A stretch of DNA of 25,986 nt. Origin: Snowella sp. Lineage in GTDB: Bacteria; Cyanobacteriota; Cyanobacteriia; Cyanobacteriales; Microcystaceae. A program made the translations under genes and the position numbers. The stretch's first letter is position 1, and each line of letters opens with the position of its first letter. Positions 17,411-25,986 of the stretch are shown here, one piece after another. Below the pieces are notes generated by a model. The model did no database searches and had not been told where the DNA came from. It worked only from the letters and a program-made list of their open reading frames with translations. The stretch covers positions 1 to 25,986 of the forward strand of contig JAYKGY010000107.1 in NCBI GenBank assembly GCA_035285545.1, given 5' to 3'.

Positions 17411-18439
17411 ATGCAAAAAATTTTAACGCGAACGCCTAGCCAACTTTATCTGGGTATTGCAGTCCTGATTTTTGCTGCTTCTAATTCAGTTACTCGTAAA
17501 ATTGTTGAAATTGGTCAAAATCATTTGATTGACGGCAGAAATCCGATTTCACTGTGTAATGTTTTATTCGTTGGCAATCTTTGTGCCTTGGGTTTGATGA
17601 CTTTAATTTTTCATCGAGACTGGAAACCCAGAACCCTCAAGGCGTTAACTCGTAACCATTGGATTAGCTTAAGTATTACAGGGGTTCTATCGGGGGCGAT
17701 CGCGCCTGCCTTAATTTTTACCGCGTTAGAAAAAACCAGTGTTACAAATATTGTTTTGATCGGACGATTTGAACCGATTTTTACCTTGTTGTTGAGCTTT
17801 TTACTATTAGGCTCGCGTTTTAATCATTGGACAATAACAGGCTCTATCATCTCTTTGCTCGGTGTAGCGGCAACGGCTTTTCTGGGAAGTTCAGAGCAGA
17901 CTATGATGATTCCGGGCGTTCATTTAGGAGTAGGGGATATTTATGTGGCGATCGCGGCTTTGATTGCGGCGGTCTCAACCATTATGGGCAAATTACAATT
18001 ACAGGCTATTCCCTTGGGAATTATTATCATTTATCGCAATATTACCGGAACCGTAATTTTCTTCATTTTGGCCAATCTTCTCTATGGGCTACACCATTTT
18101 ATGGATATATTCTCTCCCTTTTTATGGCAATGGATGTTAATTTATGCGGCAATTATCGTCGTTGCGGGACAATTATTTTGGTTAGTCGGTTTAAGAAAAT
18201 CCACTTCAACGGAAATCAATTTTGCAAGCTTATTAAATCCCATTTTGGCGATTATGATGGCCTACTTAATTTTAGGAGAAGTTCCTAATTCTGCTCAGTA
18301 TGTGGGTGGATTTTTATTATTGGTTGGTGTGATTTTAAGTTTTATGGGAAATCTATCCCAATCTAAAAGAATGGGAGACTTAAGTACCGCTAGTCCGATT
18401 GAAAAAATTGACACCCCTATGGGATTTCGGGGAATTTAA
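17411..18439 (+). CDS. DMT/EamA-family transporter
   Basis: About 10 TM helices in two repeats (EPIFTLLLSFLLLG..., NPILAIMMAYLILGE.P); 58 bp after ccdA. Confidence 0.88.
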   Translation: MQKILTRTPSQLYLGIAVLIFAASNSVTRKIVEIGQNHLIDGRNPISLCNVLFVGNLCALGLMTLIFHRDWKPRTLKALTRNHWISLSITGVLSGAIAPALIFTALEKTSVTNIVLIGRFEPIFTLLLSFLLLGSRFNHWTITGSIISLLGVAATAFLGSSEQTMMIPGVHLGVGDIYVAIAALIAAVSTIMGKLQLQAIPLGIIIIYRNITGTVIFFILANLLYGLHHFMDIFSPFLWQWMLIYAAIIVVAGQLFWLVGLRKSTSTEINFASLLNPILAIMMAYLILGEVPNSAQYVGGFLLLVGVILSFMGNLSQSKRMGDLSTASPIEKIDTPMGFRGI

Positions 18440-18772
18440 AAAAGCTTGTTTTTGCTCGAAATTCTGCTCAATGAGGGGTATTCTTTTAACCGGATATTTG
18501 CCTATTCTGTCTATTAAATCGGTTTAAATATTCTTAACTTGTTGATTGATATTGATTTTCAAGCGCAGATAGTCTTTCTTGTTTTTTAATTCCCTGTTAA
18601 TTCCTCTGTAATCTTTCTGATCAAGTATTCTCAATCAGTTGCCGTCAAGCATCAGGATGCTGAGAACGAAGTTTAGGATTCAGTCATGACTTTTTTTGGT
18701 GAAAAGGGTTTCTTTTTAGAGCAGAGAGTGTCAGAATGAGAGATTGTGTATTTCTCCGATAGAGCTAGCCGC

Positions 18773-19858
18773 ATGACTCAACAATACCGCCTTACCCTGT
18801 TGCCTGGCGATGGCATTGGCCCTGAAATTATGGCGATCGCTGTCGATGTCCTTAACGTCATTGGCAAACAGTTTGATTTAGATTTTACCTTTCAAGAAGC
18901 ACTGATTGGCGGAGCGGCGATCGATGCAACGGGTCAACCCTTACCTGAAGAGACGTTAACCACAGCGCAGAATAGTGATGCGGTTTTACTGGCGGCTATT
19001 GGGGGCTACAAATGGGACACGTTACCCCGTCAACAACGGCCTGAAACCGGATTATTGGCCATTCGAGAAGGTTTAGGTTTATTTGCAAATTTACGTCCTG
19101 CGACGATTTTTCCCCAGTTAATTGATGCCTCTACCCTCAAACGAGAGGTGGTGGAAGGTGTGGATATTATGGTGGTTCGGGAACTGACGGGCGGGATTTA
19201 TTTCGGGCAACCCAAAGGCATTTTTGAAACGGAAACGGGGGAAAAGCGGGGCGTTAATACCATGGCCTATCGCGTCTCAGAAATTGATCGTATTGCTAAA
19301 GTTGCCTTTGAAACGGCTCAAAAACGGGGTCATAAACTGTGTTCTGTCGATAAAGCTAATGTCTTAGATGTCTCCCAACTCTGGCGCGATCGCGTCACCC
19401 AAATGGCGGCTGAATATCCCGATGTGGAACTGTCCCATTTATATGTGGATAATGCGGCAATGCAGTTAGTCCGTGCCCCCAAGCAATTTGACACCATTGT
19501 CACAGGTAACTTGTTTGGCGATATTTTGTCGGATGAAGCGGCGATGTTAACGGGAAGTATTGGAATGTTGCCTTCTGCCAGTTTAGGAGCCGATGGGCCA
19601 GGACTCTTTGAACCTGTTCATGGTTCTGCTCCCGACATTGCCGGTCAAGATAAAGCCAATCCGTTGGCCCAAGTCCTCAGTGCGGCCATGATGCTGCGTT
19701 ACGGGTTAAATCAACCTGAAGCCGCCGATAAAATCGAACAAGCCGTTGCAACGGTATTAGAAAAAGGCTATCGGACAGGGGATATCCTCTCACCAGGGAC
19801 TCAATTAGTCGGTTGTCGGCAAATGGGCGATGCTTTAATACAAATTTTAGAATCCTAA
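18773..19858 (+). CDS. leuB: 3-isopropylmalate dehydrogenase
   Basis: [60 protein letters not shown]. Start set at ATG 18773. Confidence 0.97.
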   Translation: MTQQYRLTLLPGDGIGPEIMAIAVDVLNVIGKQFDLDFTFQEALIGGAAIDATGQPLPEETLTTAQNSDAVLLAAIGGYKWDTLPRQQRPETGLLAIREGLGLFANLRPATIFPQLIDASTLKREVVEGVDIMVVRELTGGIYFGQPKGIFETETGEKRGVNTMAYRVSEIDRIAKVAFETAQKRGHKLCSVDKANVLDVSQLWRDRVTQMAAEYPDVELSHLYVDNAAMQLVRAPKQFDTIVTGNLFGDILSDEAAMLTGSIGMLPSASLGADGPGLFEPVHGSAPDIAGQDKANPLAQVLSAAMMLRYGLNQPEAADKIEQAVATVLEKGYRTGDILSPGTQLVGCRQMGDALIQILES

Positions 19859-19866
19859 AGGGAAGT

Positions 19867-19896
19867 TTGTACGTCTAACGATTCATTGGTTATGAT
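19867..19896 (+). promoter_or_regulatory. Possible sigma70-type promoter for the downstream small gene
   Basis: TTGTAC-N18-TATGAT. Confidence 0.4.
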
Positions 19897-19954
19897 TAAC
19901 ATCAACAGACCTGCAACAGTCAGCGTTCAATTCAACTGAGGGGAGGATAGACCA

Positions 19955-20218
19955 TTGGTTTACGCGACGGAAGAAGCTACTAGTAACGCAAATTATACAG
20001 AAGTTCCCATGATCTTAGATCCCAAACTCTTACGGATGGCTCGACGGATTTATCGGGCGTATTGCGTTCTGCATCCTAAAACTAATCGACGGCCTTTGGG
20101 GATTGCCATTCATCGGGATACCCATCGAGGACAGTTGATGTTTAACAACAAGCCGATTCTTTTACCCGGAGAATGCTTTGTTCCCGTTAAGCAGTTAGAA
20201 TCTTCCGAAAATCGTTAA
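19955..20218 (+). CDS. Small conserved cyanobacterial hypothetical protein (TTG start)
   Basis: Strong RBS GGAGGA (19942-19947) 7 nt before TTG; ILDPKLLR.AR.IYR and KPILLPGECFVP motifs. Confidence 0.8.
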   Translation: MVYATEEATSNANYTEVPMILDPKLLRMARRIYRAYCVLHPKTNRRPLGIAIHRDTHRGQLMFNNKPILLPGECFVPVKQLESSENR

Positions 20219-20293
20219 TTTTAAATTTTTTGATGATTTAAAAAGCTTTTATAATTTACTGTTTTAAATTTTTGAGAATTTTTAAGGAGAATG

Positions 20294-20325
20294 AAGCTGA
20301 TTTTCACTGATCAGCTTTAGTTCTT
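20294..20325 (+). terminator. Possible intrinsic terminator
   Basis: AAGCTGAT-N8-ATCAGCTT stem followed by T-rich TAGTTCTTATTTT. Confidence 0.45.
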
Positions 20326-20543
20326 ATTTTTATTGATATACATGGAAAATCGTTTCCAAACAATCAAAATAAATGCTTCTTTCAGAACCTGTAATTTTAA
20401 ACTTCAAAAATATACGGCTTTTTAAGCGTTATTGCGCTTAATTTTGTCCATATTCCTAATCTCTATCGAGACGCGATCGCCACGGGGGGCAATATTAAGT
20501 TATTTTAAGATCAGTCCCAATTTCAGGATGGTCTCAGCCTTTC

Positions 20544-21404
20544 ATGAATATCCTCAGTAATTTATTTTCTCCACCGAAATCCACTGCAAAAACCGAAAAT
20601 AATTCTACCTTTGGCCAGCCCAAAGCGAAAAAAACGAAACGGAAGGTTGAAATTAAATCGCCCGCCGAAATCGAAATTATGCGCCAGGCTTCGGCGATCG
20701 TGGCAACGGTTTTAAAGGAAATTCAAGAAACGGTTGAACCAGGGATGACCACTGGCGATCTCGATGCTTTTGCTGAAAAACGGATTCGAGAAATGGGCGC
20801 AACGCCGAGTTTTAAAGGGTATCATGGATTTCCTGGGTCTATCTGTGCCTGCATTAATGCCGAAGTGGTTCATGGGATTCCCCATAGGAAAAAAGTGATT
20901 CGAGCAGGAGATGTGCTAAAGGTGGATACAGGAGCCTATTTTCAGGGATTTCATGGCGATTCTTGTATTACGATTCCGGTGGGGAAGGTATCCCAAAAGG
21001 CGGATCGGCTCATCCGAGTTGCAGAAGAAGCTTTATATAAGGGCATTGAACAGGTCAAAGCGGGCAATTATTTATTGGATATTGCAGGAGCTATCGAAGA
21101 TCACGCCAAAAAACATGGCTATAGTATTGTGGAAGAGTTTACAGGGCATGGAGTCGGGCGAAATCTTCACGAAGAACCCTGTGTTTTCAATTTTCGGACT
21201 CGTCAACTTCCTAATGTGCAGTTAAAGCCTGGGATGACCTTGGCGATTGAACCGATTTTAAATGCAGGCTCTCGATTTACTCGGACGCTCCGCGATCGCT
21301 GGACAGTGGTAACGATTGATAATGCGCTATCGGCTCAGTTTGAACATACGGTATTAGTTACAGAAACAGGGTATGAGATTTTAACGGATAGGAGCAAGAT
21401 TTAA
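20544..21404 (+). CDS. map: Type I methionine aminopeptidase
   Basis: [21 protein letters not shown]...[31 protein letters not shown]; about 35-aa N-terminal extension. Confidence 0.96.
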   Translation: MNILSNLFSPPKSTAKTENNSTFGQPKAKKTKRKVEIKSPAEIEIMRQASAIVATVLKEIQETVEPGMTTGDLDAFAEKRIREMGATPSFKGYHGFPGSICACINAEVVHGIPHRKKVIRAGDVLKVDTGAYFQGFHGDSCITIPVGKVSQKADRLIRVAEEALYKGIEQVKAGNYLLDIAGAIEDHAKKHGYSIVEEFTGHGVGRNLHEEPCVFNFRTRQLPNVQLKPGMTLAIEPILNAGSRFTRTLRDRWTVVTIDNALSAQFEHTVLVTETGYEILTDRSKI

Positions 21405-21431
21405 TAGTTAATAGTTAATAGTTAATAGTTA
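21401..21431. repeat. Heptamer tandem repeat (TTAATAG x4 + TTA), STRR-like
   Basis: Seen directly; the first unit contains the map stop codon. Confidence 0.9.
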
Positions 21432-21565
21432 TTAATTGAAAAGGATGAAGTTGAAGCAAAAAAATATCGACAAGAGTTGGGTTTTGAATTTTTTATTTTA
21501 AAAAGTGCTTTCATTGGCGCAACGTTTTTTGTCAAAAATAATCAATAATAATTGGTGATAAATTT

Positions 21566-22108
21566 ATGAATAAAACCAAAAGTTTAATTCTAGCCTTAGT
21601 CGCAGTTGTGTTGAGTGCGTCTGTTTTTTTGGGGTTTCAAACTCAGGTTAATTCCAGTTCGCTAGAATCTCAAGCGAAACAAGCTGTGCCTTTAGAAATT
21701 GCGCTAAGTAACGGTAAGCCAACTCTAACGGAGTTTTATGCCGATTGGTGTAGTAGCTGTCAGGCAATGGCCAAAGATTTAGCAGTTTTAAAAGATCAGT
21801 ATGGCCAATCCGTGAATTTTGTCATGCTCAATGTTGATAATAATAAATGGTTACCCGAAGTCCTAAAATATCGAGTGGATGGGATTCCCCATTTTGTTTT
21901 TCTCAATTCAACAGGAGATGCGATCGCGCAATCGATTGGAGAACAGCCTCGCTCAATTATGGAAGCGAATTTGGATGCCCTCATTGCCAATACGTCCTTA
22001 CCCTATGCCAGTAGTACAGGGCAAACTTCTGCATTTCAACCCCAGGTAAATACATCGAATAATGATGATCCGCGCCTGCATGGTGCTCAAGTTCAAAAGA
22101 ATTCTTAA
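21566..22108 (+). CDS. txlA: Thiol:disulfide interchange protein TxlA (HCF164-like membrane-anchored thioredoxin)
   Basis: N-terminal TM, KPTLTEFYADWCSSC, NFVMLNVDNNKWLPE, VDGIPHF, C-terminal DPR.HG motif. Confidence 0.88.
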   Translation: MNKTKSLILALVAVVLSASVFLGFQTQVNSSSLESQAKQAVPLEIALSNGKPTLTEFYADWCSSCQAMAKDLAVLKDQYGQSVNFVMLNVDNNKWLPEVLKYRVDGIPHFVFLNSTGDAIAQSIGEQPRSIMEANLDALIANTSLPYASSTGQTSAFQPQVNTSNNDDPRLHGAQVQKNS

Positions 22109-22294
22109 AGGTGATATGGACTTCGATCCTGAGCCGGAAAGAATCGGTCAAAGTCAGGGGATCTACCTTAGATTAAGAATGCTAAAGTCGGAAAAAGTCA
22201 GGTATTTAGAAAAACTTCATGACAATGGATTCCGTTTATCGTAGGATAGATGAAACATGGATTTCTACTCCGCTGAAAAAGAACGGTTCTCCTC

Positions 22295-24988
22295 ATGCCT
22301 GTTTCTCTCAATCAATTTGAATATCAAATCGGCGGCAGTCTCCGAAGCAATGCACCGAGTTATGTCAAACGGAAAGCAGATGATATTTTTTATCACGCTT
22401 TAAAGGCCGGAGAATTGTGTTATGTATTAAATTCCAGACAAATGGGCAAGTCGAGTTTACGGGTCAGTACAACTCAACGTTTACAACAGGATGGCACCGT
22501 TTGTATTTTTATTGACCTGACAGGAATGGGAAGCCAGGATGTCACCCCTGAAAAATGGTACGCAGGCATTGTCAAATGGTTAGTAAGTGATTGTCCAGCG
22601 TTGTCTAACCTTCAATGGCGTTCCTGGTGGCGAGAACAGCGGGATCTGCTATCGCCGGTTCAATGCTTGAATCAGTTTATTCGAGAAGTGTTATTAGTTG
22701 AAGTTAAGCAAAATATTGTTGTTTTTATTGATGAAATTGATCGCGTTCTCAGCCAAAGTTTTCCTTTAGATGATTTTTTTGCGTTAATTCGTTCCATTTA
22801 TCAGCAACGCCATGTTAATCCTGAGTATCAACGTCTAAGCTTTGCCCTTTTAGGGGTAGCGACTCCTAATACGCTCATCCAACAAAAAGACAGTACTCCG
22901 TTTAATATGGGTCAGGCGATCGCGTTAACGGGATTTAAGCGAACAGAAGTAGAACCCTTAACCCAAGGGTTAAAAGGCATTATCCAGTCACCCGAAGCTG
23001 TGATGCAAGAAATTTTAAATTGGACGGGAGGACAACCGTTTTTAACGCAAAAACTTTGTAAGACGATTCTTGACCATGCTCATTTACAAGCGGGAGATGC
23101 CAAAACTTTTGTCGAAAAAGTGGTCTCTACCAAAATTATTGACAATTGGGAAGCCCAGGATGAACCCGAACATTTACGCACCATCCGCGATCGCCTACTC
23201 AGGAACGAAAAACGAACAGGACGATTACTAGGGTTATACCAACAAATTTTGCAACAAGGCAGTCTTCCCTTTGATGGCAGTGCTGAGCAAATGGAGTTAA
23301 AACTCACGGGGTTAGTGGTTGATCAAGACGGAAAATTACGCCCCTACAACAAGATTTATCAACATATTTTTAATCTGGTTTGGGTAGAACGTAAACTCAC
23401 GGAGCTACGTCCCTATGCTCACCGTCTAGCCGCCTGGTTAAACAGTCATAAACAAGACTCCTCAACCTTATTGCAGGGTCAAGATTTACAGGATGCGTTA
23501 ACTTGGTCAATCGGAAAACAAGTGAGCGATCTGGATTATCAATATTTAGTCGCTAGCCAAGCGTTTGCCAATCAAAAAACAAAAGCAACCCTAGCCGCTA
23601 CCGAGGAAGCCAGTGAACTTTTAGCGATTGCTAGACAGAAAGCAAAGCAAACCGTTGGGAATATGCGGATTTCGGGATGGTGGATTCCGAAAGTGGGTCT
23701 TGGTTTGGGGATTCCGATCGCATTGTTGCGGCTTATTGGTTATTTGCAGGGAGCCGAGTGGAATCTGTGGGATCAATTTGTCCGTTGGCAGCCTTTAAAA
23801 CCCTTGGATTCCCGTATTGTGATTGTTACGATCACCGAATCCGATATTCAAAAATACTATTGGCCGATTTCCGACCAAACGTTAGCCCAAGCTTTAACGA
23901 CGATTAAGTCCCAAAATCCCAGTGTGATCGGTTTAGATATCGTGCGGAATGTTCCCATTGAGCCAGGTCATCAGGATCTCTTACAAGTTTTCCAATCTAC
24001 CCCTAATCTGTTTGGCATTGAAAAAGTGATCGATCCCCCAGTTCCGCCCCCTCCCCTACTCCGCGATCGCGATCAAGTAGGTTTTGCTGACGTGGTACCA
24101 GATCTGGATCGGAGAGTTCGTCGTGCATTGTTATCTACTCAAAACCAGCAAAAAGCAGCCCAGCGGAGTCTTGCCGCTCAATTAGCTTTATTTCACCTAG
24201 AGAAGCAGGGGATTTCATTACAACCCCAAGCAAACAATCAATTTCGTCTAGGAAAAGCACTTTATCATCGTTTTACGGCTAATGATGGAGCTTATGTTCG
24301 AGCCGATGCCGGGGGTTATCAGCTTTTAGTCAATTTTCGAGGCTCGGAAAAAAGTTTCTATCAACTTTCTTTAGAAGACGTTTTAAACAACCGAATTCCT
24401 ACCAACTTATTCCGCGATCGCATCGTTTTAATCGGGATAACAGCAGAAAGTTTGAAGGATCTCTTTGATACACCCCACAGTGGCGGACTCTTTCCGAATT
24501 CCGATCTCATGCCGGGGGTTATTCTTCATGCAACTATCGTCAGCCAAATCTTGAGTGCAGCCCTAGAAGGTCAACCCCTCCTCCGTAGCTGGTCAGAGCC
24601 GGTTGAATATGGATGGATCATTTTATGGGCTTTACTGGGCGCAGGGGTCAGTTGGTGGCTCAAATCTCCCTCTACCATTCTTGTCAGCATAGCGACTCTA
24701 GGAACAATCTTAATAACTGGCTCCTATCTCGCTTTTCTCCAAGGCTGGTGGATTCCTGTCATTCCTCCTTTGATGGGTTTAGGGGGAACCGCGATCGTAA
24801 TCATTATCCTTACCAATCGAGAACGCGATCAATTACTCTGTCAATGTACCTTAGCAGAACTATTGGCTGTTCAATCCAGCTCCCCCGTTGTCTTTAAAAT
24901 TGCCGTTGCCTACCTTCAGCAATCCGAGAGCAAAGAAAACCAAATCTGGATCAATCAGCAATTAAATCAAACGCCTTCAAAAAAGTAA
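22295..24988 (+). CDS. AAA_35 (STAND-like P-loop NTPase) - TM - CHASE2 sensor - 3 TM membrane protein
   Basis: YQIGGSL...PSYVKR, Walker A NSRQMGKSS, Walker B VVFIDEID, WTGGQPFLTQKLC; then a TM segment, CHASE2 motifs (DSRIVIVTITESDI, WPISD, IGLDIVR, RIVLIG, MPGVILHA) and three C-terminal TMs. Confidence 0.88.
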   Translation: MPVSLNQFEYQIGGSLRSNAPSYVKRKADDIFYHALKAGELCYVLNSRQMGKSSLRVSTTQRLQQDGTVCIFIDLTGMGSQDVTPEKWYAGIVKWLVSDCPALSNLQWRSWWREQRDLLSPVQCLNQFIREVLLVEVKQNIVVFIDEIDRVLSQSFPLDDFFALIRSIYQQRHVNPEYQRLSFALLGVATPNTLIQQKDSTPFNMGQAIALTGFKRTEVEPLTQGLKGIIQSPEAVMQEILNWTGGQPFLTQKLCKTILDHAHLQAGDAKTFVEKVVSTKIIDNWEAQDEPEHLRTIRDRLLRNEKRTGRLLGLYQQILQQGSLPFDGSAEQMELKLTGLVVDQDGKLRPYNKIYQHIFNLVWVERKLTELRPYAHRLAAWLNSHKQDSSTLLQGQDLQDALTWSIGKQVSDLDYQYLVASQAFANQKTKATLAATEEASELLAIARQKAKQTVGNMRISGWWIPKVGLGLGIPIALLRLIGYLQGAEWNLWDQFVRWQPLKPLDSRIVIVTITESDIQKYYWPISDQTLAQALTTIKSQNPSVIGLDIVRNVPIEPGHQDLLQVFQSTPNLFGIEKVIDPPVPPPPLLRDRDQVGFADVVPDLDRRVRRALLSTQNQQKAAQRSLAAQLALFHLEKQGISLQPQANNQFRLGKALYHRFTANDGAYVRADAGGYQLLVNFRGSEKSFYQLSLEDVLNNRIPTNLFRDRIVLIGITAESLKDLFDTPHSGGLFPNSDLMPGVILHATIVSQILSAALEGQPLLRSWSEPVEYGWIILWALLGAGVSWWLKSPSTILVSIATLGTILITGSYLAFLQGWWIPVIPPLMGLGGTAIVIIILTNRERDQLLCQCTLAELLAVQSSSPVVFKIAVAYLQQSESKENQIWINQQLNQTPSKK

Positions 24989-25711
24989 AGGAGCAGGAGC
25001 AACCGACTCTAAACCAACAGATTTAAGCAGTGTAATCCAATTATTGATTAATGTTGAATTACTCGGAGATGCGTGTCGAGCTTCTGCTAAATTCTCTAGA
25101 GTATCATACCAAATACCTTTTTCACCATACCAGGCAGAACGAGTAAGCCAATCTTGGGTTGCTTGGGTAATAGGAGTATCGACCCGACTAACCAATCCTT
25201 CAATAACGGGATCATTAGGATGAACAAGATTACCACACACTAAAATAGTCGCCCATTTATAAGTTTTTCCAACTTCTAAGGGGGCTTCTTGATCAGACAT
25301 CTGCAAACCAACTAAACCTGGCTGATTGGGAAGGAAAAAAAAACGTTGAGAATGGGACTGAAATTGGCCATTTACTTGTTCTTTAATCGTTAGAACGACA
25401 TGTTTCGCTGATGTCTCAGGAATATAAACCCATAAAGTAGGGTATTTTTCTGTCGTTAATCCTTTTTGATTTTGAGGAACTAAAGCGGTAAAAGTCGGCT
25501 GAGCAACAGGATTTCCCTCACAATTTTTTGGGCTACGTCTTCCACCTAATACGGTCTTTTCCGGTTGGGGATCATCAGGCGGAGGATTGAATCGAACTAA
25601 AGCCATCGGCATATCGGCGATCGCAGCTTGAGTTCCCCAAAGACAGAGAAAACTAGAGAGTAAAATTAACCAAATGTTTTTTCCTAACATAACCGCTACT
25701 CTCTTCCTCAT
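24977..25711 (-). CDS. DUF928-family exported protein
   Basis: Signal peptide ending AAIA, F.PPP..GGRR, ALVP...GLT..YPTLWVYIP, LEVGKTYKW, GIWYDTL..LA, W..LL.SVGL. Start uncertain (TTG 25741, ATG 25711 or ATG 25690). Overlaps the CHASE2 gene 3' end by 12 bp. Confidence 0.85.
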   Translation of the reverse strand: MRKRVAVMLGKNIWLILLSSFLCLWGTQAAIADMPMALVRFNPPPDDPQPEKTVLGGRRSPKNCEGNPVAQPTFTALVPQNQKGLTTEKYPTLWVYIPETSAKHVVLTIKEQVNGQFQSHSQRFFFLPNQPGLVGLQMSDQEAPLEVGKTYKWATILVCGNLVHPNDPVIEGLVSRVDTPITQATQDWLTRSAWYGEKGIWYDTLENLAEARHASPSNSTLINNWITLLKSVGLESVAPAPLLF

Positions 25712-25821
25712 CCTGTCAATCAACTTAAACCAGTTAGACAACTCATTTTTAATTTAACTCTGATTGCCAATTTAACTGCCATTAAGTCCATCAAACCTTT
25801 AATAACTTTAGTATAGATTAA

Positions 25822-25854
25822 TATAACAAATCCTCTAGATTATCTCTAGAGGAT
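25822..25854 (-). terminator. Intrinsic terminator downstream of the 5S rRNA
   Basis: Perfect 10-bp stem ATCCTCTAGA-N5-TCTAGAGGAT (25830-25854), followed on the minus strand by TTGTTATATT. Confidence 0.75.
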
Positions 25855-25867
25855 GAAGAAAAAAAGA

Positions 25868-25986
25868 ACCTGGCATGGAGATATTGTCCCGTGGGGCAAC
25901 CCCCAAAGTATCGTCACCGCTGCTTCGTTTCACAACCGAGTTCGGGATGGAGTCGGAGTGGTTCCAAAACGCTAAACACACCAGGA
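25868..25986 (-). rRNA. rrf: 5S ribosomal RNA
   Basis: The reverse complement reads TCCTGGTGTG...GGAACCACTCCGACTCCATCCCGAACTCGGTTGTGAAAC...ATGCCAGGT (119 nt). Terminal helix CCTGGTGTG/CATGCCAGG and the conserved CCGAAC loop are present. Confidence 0.97.

Larger units (their letters stand above)
1321..25624. repeat. Dispersed HIP1 octamers GCGATCGC (about 30 copies by eye)
   Basis: Examples at 1321, 8391, 12631, 15832 and 24063. More than 1 per kb is a hallmark of many cyanobacteria. Confidence 0.9.

Noticed and set aside
19444..19452. Perfect E. coli-type DnaA box (TGTGGATAA) inside leuB
   Set aside because: Single copy within a conserved coding motif (YVDN), so explained by codon constraint.
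20284..20320. AAGGAGA followed by mini-ORF MKLIFTDQL
   Set aside because: The SD abuts the ATG and the sequence coincides with a terminator-like hairpin.
22062..22244. 60-aa ORF (or 42 aa from ATG 22116) between txlA and the AAA_35-CHASE2 gene
   Set aside because: It overlaps the txlA end, has no recognisable family, and the SD-like AGGTGAT sits very close to the ATG. Not supportable without homology or ribosome profiling.
1905..24897. Short alternative-frame or antisense ORFs nested in long genes (e.g. 1905-2099, 2163-2387, 3314-3502, 5069-5326, 7368-7691, 7645-7986, 11222-11653, 14454-14720, 17827-18288, 20953-21225, 24613-24897)
   Set aside because: They fully overlap confidently identified genes and have no recognisable motifs; they are expected shadow ORFs.

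Overview
A cyanobacterial chromosomal segment. About 30 HIP1 octamers (GCGATCGC) by eye, an SLH porin, TxlA and a Synechocystis-like 5S rRNA point to a unicellular Chroococcales/Synechocystis-Snowella-type organism (inferred). The window is probably a whole contig bounded by two repeats: about 124 bp of an ISL3-like insertion sequence on the left and a complete 5S rRNA on the right. Most content is housekeeping (moaE, serA, prmA, ackA, leuB, map, txlA, iron-containing alcohol dehydrogenase, carotenoid oxygenase), plus a VapC-type toxin-antitoxin pair. The most interesting signals are: (1) a putative NtcA-controlled purine-nitrogen scavenging module (SLH porin + guanine deaminase + NCS2/AzgA permease), each gene preceded by an NtcA-type palindrome, with a Yfr1-complementary site in the porin leader; (2) three phased cyanobacterial DnaA boxes (TTTTCCACA) beside an AT-rich tract; (3) a split DipZ-like exported thioredoxin + CcdA (+EamA) cluster with an ECF/SigK-like promoter; (4) an AAA_35-TM-CHASE2-3TM receptor with no output domain, convergent with a DUF928 gene. 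All regulatory and functional claims are sequence-based inferences.
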